From: Candidatus Bathyarchaeia archaeon
GTDB taxonomy: Archaea > Thermoproteota > Bathyarchaeia > 40CM-2-53-6
Assembly (NCBI GenBank): GCA_049513715.1
Contig: JBEKVV010000002.1
Location: 32,001-96,000, forward strand
DNA length: 64,000 nucleotides
Direction of reading: 5' to 3'
A program made the position numbers and the translations under genes. The notes under the pieces are model-generated. The model was not told where the DNA came from. It saw only the letters and a list, made by a program, of their open reading frames with translations, and searched no databases. This document shows positions 56,533 to 64,000 of the stretch, one piece after another (within the stretch, counting starts at the first letter, position 1; every line of letters starts with the position of its first letter).

Positions 56533-57084
56533 ATGGTTAAAGTAGCGAGAGAAATGGTTGAAAGGGCGGGCGTAGACGTCGAGAAACTTCTTGACTTATT
56601 GGTTAGAAACGCAGCTGCGGAACTCACCACGTTCTACTACTATACAATCCTTCGCTGCAATCTAATAGGCTTGGAAGGGGAAGGGATCAAAGAGATCGCT
56701 GAAACAGCACGAATTGAAGATCGAAACCACTTCGAAGCTCTGGTTCCACGTATATACGAACTTGGAGGCAAGCTTCCAGATGACATGAAAGTGTTCCATG
56801 ACTCTTCGGCGTGTCCGCCGGCTAACCTACCCAAGGATCCGACCGACATCAAGGCGATGCTGACCGTGCTTCTCAACGCGGAACGCTGTGCGGTACGAGG
56901 CTATTCAAACGTCTGCAACATAACTGCTGGTAAGGACCATAGGACCTACGACTTGTCTCTGGCGATACTCAACGAGGAAATTGAGCATGAATCTTGGTTC
57001 TCCGAGTTCCTGGGAGAGGGCCCGTCCGGCCACTTCATGCGGAGAGGCGAGACATCGCCATTCGTATCCAAGTTCCTAAGGTAA
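56533..57084 (+). CDS. dps: DPS-like (DPSL) ferritin-family protein
   Basis: AAAELTTFYYYTILR, EDRNHFE, ACPPA, AERCA, EEIEHESWF. Confidence 0.9.
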   Translation: MVKVAREMVERAGVDVEKLLDLLVRNAAAELTTFYYYTILRCNLIGLEGEGIKEIAETARIEDRNHFEALVPRIYELGGKLPDDMKVFHDSSACPPANLPKDPTDIKAMLTVLLNAERCAVRGYSNVCNITAGKDHRTYDLSLAILNEEIEHESWFSEFLGEGPSGHFMRRGETSPFVSKFLR

Positions 57085-57164
57085 CTTCAAAGAGCACGCG
57101 ATACGACCCCCTCCACTTCCCCTTTTTCTATCCACCAGCACGAGTGAACCTTAGAGTGATCAGG

Positions 57165-57947
57165 CTATCTCGGTGGAGTTCTTTCTGGCGGGCCGGTGTA
57201 GACTATTTCGTCCCATTTTGCAGCCTTGTATGGAGTGTCAAAGTATGCCTGTTCGTAAGCGTGGGCTACTAGGCCGGGTGTTCTGCTAACAATGAAGAAG
57301 CCCTTTCCAAGCCGCCAATCGAACCCCATATCAGAAATTATCGCCGCAATACATCCATCCACGTTCAGGATGAGGTGCTTCCTGAAGAATTTCTCTGTGA
57401 GTTGCTCCACTGCCTGAGCGAGTTCCACATGCTGGCCGCGAAGCTGGTTTTCTTCTGCGATTGCCAAAAGCTTCCCGGTCCGAGGGTCATTAGTGTGTGT
57501 CGGGTGCCCATACCCGGGAATTCTCACTTTGCGGTTTCTGTGTTCCTGCAGGATTTCTTCTGCGGTACGCTTCAATGAGCCACCTTTATTTTTCGTGCGA
57601 GTGACGCCTTCTTGCAGCATCTTGGCGCACTGCTCAATGGCGCCGCCGTGCCAGTCACCGATAGCCGCAACTCCAGCAGAAACCGCCGCTTGCAATGGTA
57701 CCCCAGATGAGGCGACGAACCGCGTAGCGTCAACCGAGGGTGCGTTAAGGCTGTGTTCAAGGCAAACCGTCAGCAACGCGTCCATCACGCGAGAATAGCT
57801 TGGAGAGGGTAGTTCCCCACGCCATAGAAGGTAGGTTAGGTCAGCGTAATTGTACTTCCCGACTAGGTCCATGAGGTTGTATCCGCGAACAAGAATCTTG
57901 TTTGGTTCAACTTTGGAGATGGCGGTCTTCCAGAAAGGTTCAGGCAA
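57165..57947 (-). CDS. Citryl-CoA lyase / short citrate-synthase-family protein
   Basis: WKTAIS...VRGY, EHS, HGGA, IPGYGHP, LNVDG; TTG start inferred. Confidence 0.82.
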   Translation of the reverse strand: MPEPFWKTAISKVEPNKILVRGYNLMDLVGKYNYADLTYLLWRGELPSPSYSRVMDALLTVCLEHSLNAPSVDATRFVASSGVPLQAAVSAGVAAIGDWHGGAIEQCAKMLQEGVTRTKNKGGSLKRTAEEILQEHRNRKVRIPGYGHPTHTNDPRTGKLLAIAEENQLRGQHVELAQAVEQLTEKFFRKHLILNVDGCIAAIISDMGFDWRLGKGFFIVSRTPGLVAHAYEQAYFDTPYKAAKWDEIVYTGPPERTPPR

Positions 57948-57960
57948 GAAATTCCTCTTC

Positions 57961-58758
57961 TTACACTTTGGAGAACTTAGGTGAGTATTGGCAAGTGCCG
58001 TCGGGTAGCTTGGTCTTAGTGAAGTCAGAGTAAAGGAGAGGATAGTCTTTGATGCAGATTTCAGCAACCTGGCCGAAGACTTTCCTAATCTCAACCTCGG
58101 CACTCGGATCTGTCCGCATTTCTATGATCCAACGCAAGGTCCTATGGTTCGCAGTCCAAATGATGTTCGTTGCTATCCCATCTGGCAGGATTCTGCGCAA
58201 TGCCGATGTGACGCGTTTCTTCTGGTCAAATGACATCTTATCCCAATCGAATTTGGCTTCAAGCCCGGCGTATAACTTCTTGATTTCTTCAACGCTAGCA
58301 AGAAATTCGCTCGAAGCTGATTGAAGGTCAGGTGGAACCCAAAGATTGACCTCACGAGGACGGACATACCGAAGGCTCTCTTGACTCATAGCCGTTCCAG
58401 CACGGTGGCGTACCAGCTCGTGCGTGAACACCCGGCTTACGTTCAGGAACGCAAACGTGACAGTTGCATGTTCCAGAATGCTTCCATCGCCTTTCTCCAA
58501 CACATTCGTAATGTAGTCTCTAGGATTGTCTCGAATCTTCGTTACGTTAGGATTCAAGCCCACGCCAAAACTGCGGTAACAGGCGCGCCCCGCCAACTCA
58601 ATTAGAAATTCTGATTCGTTTGGCTGAAGTTCTTTCGCCCTATTCAACCATTCAACAGCGCCGTAGTGCTCTGCCATTGCCCTAACCCCCTCAGCGTTGA
58701 GTCCAGTCTCTGCTAACTTCACTACGATAGGCTCTATCTGTTTCATTCCAACAACCAC
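57961..58758 (-). CDS. thyX: FAD-dependent thymidylate synthase
   Basis: SILEH, SRVFTHELVRHR...SQESLRY, AEVEIR. Confidence 0.93.
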   Translation of the reverse strand: MVVGMKQIEPIVVKLAETGLNAEGVRAMAEHYGAVEWLNRAKELQPNESEFLIELAGRACYRSFGVGLNPNVTKIRDNPRDYITNVLEKGDGSILEHATVTFAFLNVSRVFTHELVRHRAGTAMSQESLRYVRPREVNLWVPPDLQSASSEFLASVEEIKKLYAGLEAKFDWDKMSFDQKKRVTSALRRILPDGIATNIIWTANHRTLRWIIEMRTDPSAEVEIRKVFGQVAEICIKDYPLLYSDFTKTKLPDGTCQYSPKFSKV

Positions 58759-58941
58759 TCGTTAACCAATTGATTCTTTGGCTTGACTGGTTACATGGGA
58801 TGAAAGATAAAACTGCTGAAATGACTTACGCATGGCCTGACCTGAATGGAAAACAATGGAAAAGCAGAGTTGGTTCGAATTCTAACCCTGATATTTCTGT
58901 TGGATTGGGAATAAGGCTAAATTGCGGCTGGAATACTGCTC

Positions 58942-59298
58942 GTGGAATCAGAAGGTGTCTCCGGAAGTTTGTCTTGGACTGAAGAGCGCTCAAAGGCGCT
59001 TGAAGACGTCAAGAAACTTGAGCCATCCGACAGGTTGGGCCTGTATGCCTCTTTGATTAGGATGAATTCGGCCCTTTTCGAGAGCGTTCGAGGATGGGAC
59101 AGTTGGCTTAGGAACCCAACCTTCATCGAGACTTTTACCGAGGAAGAGTTGAAAGAGATTTACAAGCAGTTCAAGGACGTGTGTGTCCGGTTCTTGGAAG
59201 AGGACGTTAAGTGGACCGGTAAGAAGGAGAAGAGCGCGCCCGCCGGTACGAAGGCGCCAAGAAGTGAGCGGTCTGAGGCTGAACGACGATACGCATAA
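58942..59298 (+). CDS. Conserved archaeal protein (DUF2153-like)
   Basis: DRL...SVRGWDSWLRNP...FLEED pattern. Confidence 0.65.
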   Translation: MESEGVSGSLSWTEERSKALEDVKKLEPSDRLGLYASLIRMNSALFESVRGWDSWLRNPTFIETFTEEELKEIYKQFKDVCVRFLEEDVKWTGKKEKSAPAGTKAPRSERSEAERRYA

Positions 59299-59338
59299 AT
59301 TGCTGATTTAGAACTCGCGGAGCCAGCAGGTTTCCTTC

Positions 59339-59803
59339 ATGAGCATCGCACCTTTTGTACAAACCCCGCTAGAGGTTGCTAAGAGGATGCTTGACCTCTC
59401 ACAAATCAAGCCCGGCGAAACTCTATACGACATGGGTTGCGGCGACGGGCGTCTGATCATTCTAGCCGCAAAGGAGGTTGGGGCAAGGGCAACCGGGATA
59501 GATCTCCGCGAGGATTTGATTGAGCGGGCTAGGACGGAGATCAAGAGGTTGAACCTGGAAGACAAAGTGACAGTGATTCAAAGCAACTTCTTCGATGTGA
59601 GCATATCCGACGCAAACGTGGTCACCCTCTACCTGACATCAAGCGCGAATGAGCGTTTGAGACCCAAATTGGAGGCGGAGCTGAAACCGGGCACGCGCGT
59701 AATCTCTCATGATTTCAAGGTTCCAGGTTGGAAACCAAACATAGTCTACGATGAGTTGCTCGGCCACACGATTTACGGATACAAAATTGGAGAGCAGCTC
59801 TAA
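59339..59803 (+). CDS. SAM-dependent methyltransferase (protein-lysine MTase-like)
   Basis: APFVQTP, YDMGCGDGR, VVTLYL, LKPGTRVISHDF. Confidence 0.88.
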   Translation: MSIAPFVQTPLEVAKRMLDLSQIKPGETLYDMGCGDGRLIILAAKEVGARATGIDLREDLIERARTEIKRLNLEDKVTVIQSNFFDVSISDANVVTLYLTSSANERLRPKLEAELKPGTRVISHDFKVPGWKPNIVYDELLGHTIYGYKIGEQL

Positions 59804-59845
59804 CACTAATATCAGACGCGGCCGTTTAACGCTTAATCGAAAAGC

Positions 59846-60733
59846 TTGAAGCTGCCCAAGCAATCCAGTGAGAGATCCGCAATTGTACTCTTACTAATCA
59901 CCAACATTCTATGGGGCAGCTCGTTCGTCAGCGTGAAAATCGGCCTCGCATACGTGAATGCGTACAGCTTCGCTTTCTTGAGGTTGGCACTGGCATCCGC
60001 GATTCTCCTTACTGCCCTCATTCTTTGTGGCCGGTTCAACTTAAAGTCGATAAGGGAACCTTTTGTTTGGATGTTGGGGCTTCTGAACGGCCTTGGTTTT
60101 TCCCTCCAATACGTCGGCCAAATCTTCACCACTCCAGCGAAGACCGCGCTACTAGTCGATGTGAACGTCGTAGTTGTAGCCATCATAAGCTGGAGAATGT
60201 TCAACGAAACCTTCGGACTACGCAAACAGCTCGCAGTAGTGCTCAGCGTAGTCGGCGCCATTATGATCACAACCAATGGTGACTTCTCAACTCTGAGTCA
60301 AGGGGAACTGTTGGGAGACGCTTTGGTATTTCTCGCCGGCTTGGCCTGGGCGCTATTCATAATCTGCAACAAGCGGTTGCTGCTGCGGGCGGACAGAAAC
60401 GTCATCGAACTTTCAACGTTTGTCCTATTCACTACAGCCCTGCTCCTCCTCCCCATGGCTCTTCTCTTCGGGAACCTGAGCTCCAGCGCGGTTCCATTGG
60501 AGGGTTGGGTTTGGGTAGCGTACACTGCAATAGTATGCACAATCGTTCCCTATGCGCTCTGGATTGCTGCATTAAAGCAAGTCACCGCAACTATCTCTTC
60601 TGTTGTGGGGATGCTTGAGATTGTTGCGGCGATGGTTCTCTCTGGCCTCGTTCTTGGAGAGACTTACAATACTGTGACTTTGCTTGGTGCAGGGCTTGTC
60701 TTTGCTTCTATTTTGTTTGTAACCGAAAGCTGA
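59846..60733 (+). CDS. DMT/EamA transporter
   Basis: LWGSSF; duplicated EamA domains; LGE. Confidence 0.88.
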   Translation: MKLPKQSSERSAIVLLLITNILWGSSFVSVKIGLAYVNAYSFAFLRLALASAILLTALILCGRFNLKSIREPFVWMLGLLNGLGFSLQYVGQIFTTPAKTALLVDVNVVVVAIISWRMFNETFGLRKQLAVVLSVVGAIMITTNGDFSTLSQGELLGDALVFLAGLAWALFIICNKRLLLRADRNVIELSTFVLFTTALLLLPMALLFGNLSSSAVPLEGWVWVAYTAIVCTIVPYALWIAALKQVTATISSVVGMLEIVAAMVLSGLVLGETYNTVTLLGAGLVFASILFVTES

Positions 60734-60770
60734 ATGGTTTTATACTTATCCCAGATGGTTAGCTGAACCC

Positions 60771-61481
60771 TTGGTGTTTGAGATGAAGATGGGACCGCAG
60801 GCTTACTTAGCAGAATTGATTGGAACGTTTGCCCTAGTATTCTTTGGCACAGTCTCAATAACCGTGTTCGTTGCTATTCTTGGGTTATCTTCCCCCGCGG
60901 GATCGGTCATCGGGATTGCTCTGACTTTTGGGATTATCCTGATGTCTATGGTTTACGTGCTGGGTCCAATCTCCGGTTGCCACGTGAACCCGGCGGTAAC
61001 TATCACAGCTGTGGCGCTGAGAAAGATGGAGGTAGATGACGGTGTCCTTTACATCGTGGCCCAGGTTGTGGGCGCGGTCTTGGCGGTCGGGGCTCATGTG
61101 GTAATTCTACCTGAGGCGGGCGCTATGACTGAATTCGGTGCGACCCTTCCCGGCGTCCCCATTGGGCGAAGTGACATGGTGGCACTTGTTGTCGAGTTGA
61201 TAATCACATTCTTCCTAATGCTCTCTTATGCTGTTGCATATACTGACAAGGCTTCCAACGGCATTTCTGGCCTTGTGATTGGAATGACTCTTGTGGGTCT
61301 CACAATTGTCGCTTGGCCTCTAACAGGTGCTTCAGCAAACCCGGCCCGTTCAATCGGCCCTGCCATCTGGTCAGGAGCCTACCAAAGCCTCTGGGTTTAC
61401 ATTGTGGGTCCAATAGTCGGCGCCTTACTCGCCGGTTTCGCTTACCAATACCTCTTAACCCCACGAAAGACGAAAAGGTAA
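60771..61481 (+). CDS. Aquaporin/MIP channel
   Basis: AELIGTF, SGCHVNPAVT, NPARSIGP. Confidence 0.93.
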   Translation: MVFEMKMGPQAYLAELIGTFALVFFGTVSITVFVAILGLSSPAGSVIGIALTFGIILMSMVYVLGPISGCHVNPAVTITAVALRKMEVDDGVLYIVAQVVGAVLAVGAHVVILPEAGAMTEFGATLPGVPIGRSDMVALVVELIITFFLMLSYAVAYTDKASNGISGLVIGMTLVGLTIVAWPLTGASANPARSIGPAIWSGAYQSLWVYIVGPIVGALLAGFAYQYLLTPRKTKR

Positions 61482-61539
61482 AGCAACCAGCTCCTACCTC
61501 TCGGGTACGAGGGAATGAAGTTCGGCGTCTGAGTACTGA

Positions 61540-62322
61540 CTATCTCTTCCCGAATACGGCGTTGACATCAGCGGTCCTGCCAGCAATCTGAACTTGAATT
61601 CCTCGTTTTCGCAGAAGCGCGGGAAGTCTGCTAGTTCCTCTATGGCTTAACCTTGACACGAATCTCGACAGCACGAATTCTGGAGTGTCAATGTGCTCCG
61701 AGCCTGCCCGCATCAGTGCAGGGCCGGTGCTCTTTGCGAGGTTTGTTTCGATTACTTGAGCCCAATGTTCCTCCCTGCCCGCCTCGGCCCGTTGAGCAGT
61801 AATCTTGCCGTTGAAGAGCAGCTTGTATGGTTCGAAGTTTTCGTCCAAGTAGATGATGTTCTTGACGCTTGGTGGGCTTATCTCAGGCGGCCTTACTCCC
61901 ACGAACCTGAATGCTTGTTGGAGTTCGGTTGAATCGAACGGGATCCCTTGTAGGAAGAGCGTTTCTGGAGCCAGGGATTCAGCGTGCCTTTGCCCGCTAT
62001 AGGCGTTGTAGACGGCGTTGGCGATTAGAGCGAAGTTTTCCAGCAGTATCCGAAGCATCTCTTCGTCCCCTTCTGAGTAGACTAGGATTGTGCGCATCGC
62101 TTCCCGGTAGTTCTTCTCGGAAGGTGAAAACTCGTAGAGAAGCTCCAATGCCTGCTTCATTACGTCAAGAGCCGAATAGCGAGTGATATCCTTCTGCGGA
62201 ACCCTGAATCTCTTCAGGTTAAGTTGCAAAAGCGAGTCAACAGCCCGTTTCATATTCCTAACAAGTAGAGCGTCGAATGGGCAACTCTCCGCAATTCCGT
62301 AGAGTATTCGCGACTCGCCCAT
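61540..62322 (-). CDS. Hypothetical protein
   Basis: 260-aa ORF filling the gap; no motif recognised. Confidence 0.65.
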   Translation of the reverse strand: MGESRILYGIAESCPFDALLVRNMKRAVDSLLQLNLKRFRVPQKDITRYSALDVMKQALELLYEFSPSEKNYREAMRTILVYSEGDEEMLRILLENFALIANAVYNAYSGQRHAESLAPETLFLQGIPFDSTELQQAFRFVGVRPPEISPPSVKNIIYLDENFEPYKLLFNGKITAQRAEAGREEHWAQVIETNLAKSTGPALMRAGSEHIDTPEFVLSRFVSRLSHRGTSRLPALLRKRGIQVQIAGRTADVNAVFGKR

Positions 62323-62436
62323 CCGACCAACCCTAATGAATCACTGTTGGAAGTTGAGGCGGCGTTAAATCCTTCACTCAAGATGCGGCGAAGAGCTAAA
62401 GGCTGAGTTTGCGGTAGCACAGCCACTGACTCCCCA

Positions 62437-63477
62437 ATGACCACCGTAACGATAATCCAAAACATACCCGAAAGCGACTACGCCAAACACGGGTTGACGA
62501 AAGATCGTCTTGGCAAGATGTTGCACAAAATGCTCTTACTCAGGAAATTTGAAGAAAAAGTCGAGGAACTCTACCTAGTCAAGGGCCTGCTGATCGGGCC
62601 ATCCCACCTATACCTAGGGCAAGAAGCAATCGCCACCGGAGCTATGATGGCCTTAGAGCCAGACGACCTAACGATCACAACCTATCGAGGGCATGGGCAC
62701 GCATTAGCCAAGGATGTCCCAACGAAGCTTTGCATGGCTGAACTCTTCGGGAAGTCAACAGGCAACTGTAAAGGTTTGGGTGGGTCTATGCACGTCGCGA
62801 TCTATCCCAAAACAGGGTCCCTATACGCCACCGCCATTGTCGGGAGTGGGATACCCATTGCGGCTGGCGTCGGCTTAGGGTTGAAACTGAAGAAGAGCCA
62901 GAACATAGTCGCTACCTTCTTCGGTGAAGGCGCTACCAACACGGGGGCCTTCCATGAAGGGGCAAACATGATTGCTCTGTGGAAGCTGCCGGTTCTTTTG
63001 TTCTGCGAGAACAACCAGTACGGAATGTCAACAAATGTCAAGAGTGCCGTCTCAAGCCCCACGATCGCTGACAGGGCGCGAGCTTACGGATTGCAGACAA
63101 TGGTCGTGGACGGAAATGATGTTGTTTCGGTTTTCGTAGCAGCGAAAGCCGCAGCTGAGAAGGCACGCCATGATTCTGAGCCAGTCTTCCTAGAATGCTT
63201 GACCTACAAGATGAAAGGCCATGGAGTCTACGATAAAGCCGAATATCGACCAAAAGATGAAGTTGCGAAGTGGCTTGAGAGGGATCCAATCAAGGTACTC
63301 AAGGAACGACTGCTCAAGAGGAACCTGATGACGCAGCCAGAAATTGACGAAGTTGAAAACGCAATACGGCAAGAGGTCGAGGAGGCTGTTGAATTCGCAA
63401 CGCAGAGTTCTCCATTGCCTTTCAGCGAAATCAGGAACTACGTTTACGCGGAGGAACAACAACCTTGCGAGAATTAA
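62437..63477 (+). CDS. 2-oxoacid/acetoin dehydrogenase E1 alpha subunit
   Basis: HLYLGQEA, YRGHGH, GGSMH, FGEGA...ENNQY ThDP motif. Confidence 0.92.
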   Translation: MTTVTIIQNIPESDYAKHGLTKDRLGKMLHKMLLLRKFEEKVEELYLVKGLLIGPSHLYLGQEAIATGAMMALEPDDLTITTYRGHGHALAKDVPTKLCMAELFGKSTGNCKGLGGSMHVAIYPKTGSLYATAIVGSGIPIAAGVGLGLKLKKSQNIVATFFGEGATNTGAFHEGANMIALWKLPVLLFCENNQYGMSTNVKSAVSSPTIADRARAYGLQTMVVDGNDVVSVFVAAKAAAEKARHDSEPVFLECLTYKMKGHGVYDKAEYRPKDEVAKWLERDPIKVLKERLLKRNLMTQPEIDEVENAIRQEVEEAVEFATQSSPLPFSEIRNYVYAEEQQPCEN

Positions 63478-64000
63478 CCTACGCCGACGCGTTACGAGAA
63501 GCACTTCGTGAAGAGATGCTCCGAGACCCGAAGGTTGTTCTTTTGGGTGAAGAGATCGGTGTCTTCAACGGGGTTTACAAGGTCACACGGGGCCTGTTGG
63601 ACGAGTTTGGGCCCGAGCGTGTAAGGGATACGCCGATCTCCGAGGCAGCCATAGCCGGCGCAGCAGTCGGCTTGGCGCTCGCCGGCCTCAAACCTGTGGC
63701 TGAAATCATGTACATGGACTTTCTACCCATCTGCATGGACCAACTTGCGACGCAGGCTGCGAAAATGCGTTTCATGAGCGGTGGGCAATTGAAGGTGCCA
63801 ATGGTGCTCAGAACACAGTACAGCCTTGGGCGTCAACACGGAGCCCAGCATTCCCAATTCACGCCTGCATGGTTCCTTCAAGTACCCGGCCTGAAGGTTG
63901 TGCTTCCTGCCACGCCTTACGATGCTAAAGGCCTCCTGAAATCGTCGATACGTGAACCGAACCCAGTCCTCTTCTTGGAAGGCGGACTCCTGTACCGAAC
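63465..64000 (+). CDS. 2-oxoacid/acetoin dehydrogenase E1 beta subunit, 3'-truncated at window edge
   Basis: LTYADALREAL...LGEEIG...FGPERVRDTPISE...QHSQ; overlaps the alpha stop. Confidence 0.92.
   Translation, partial: MRELTYADALREALREEMLRDPKVVLLGEEIGVFNGVYKVTRGLLDEFGPERVRDTPISEAAIAGAAVGLALAGLKPVAEIMYMDFLPICMDQLATQAAKMRFMSGGQLKVPMVLRTQYSLGRQHGAQHSQFTPAWFLQVPGLKVVLPATPYDAKGLLKSSIREPNPVLFLEGGLLYR

Overview
Archaeal chromosomal window. It carries a histone, r-protein S17e, deoxyhypusine synthase, archaeosine TGT and an intron-containing tRNA; a TACK/Bathyarchaeia-like origin is inferred, not proven. Both flanks are mostly housekeeping and redox genes (FixAB-C-X, DoxX+Rieske, VKOR+TlpA, Lhr helicase, DPSL, ThyX, 2-oxoacid dehydrogenase E1). 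The centre (about 18.9-45.5 kb) is an accessory region anchored on a minus-strand tRNA-Ser(GCT) that has a non-canonical D-loop intron. The tRNA 3' end recurs four more times (18907, 22868, 24669, 40118). Each copy is fused to the same conserved ~130-180-bp non-coding element, which abuts the stop codon of a minus-strand gene. These sites divide the region into four cassettes, and no integrase is visible in the window. Three cassettes carry domain-shuffled KaiC-like/STAND/TolB-like/TPR paralogs; one of these is split by a 2748-bp passenger-carrying IS6-family element with 24-bp TIRs and an 8-bp TSD. The fourth cassette is a ~15-kb Lrp-associated amino-acid/guanidino catabolic cluster with a recurring TTACG-N5-CGTAA palindrome, four near-copies of which lie in a 27-bp tandem repeat. 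All product calls come from visual motif recognition; no database searches were run.
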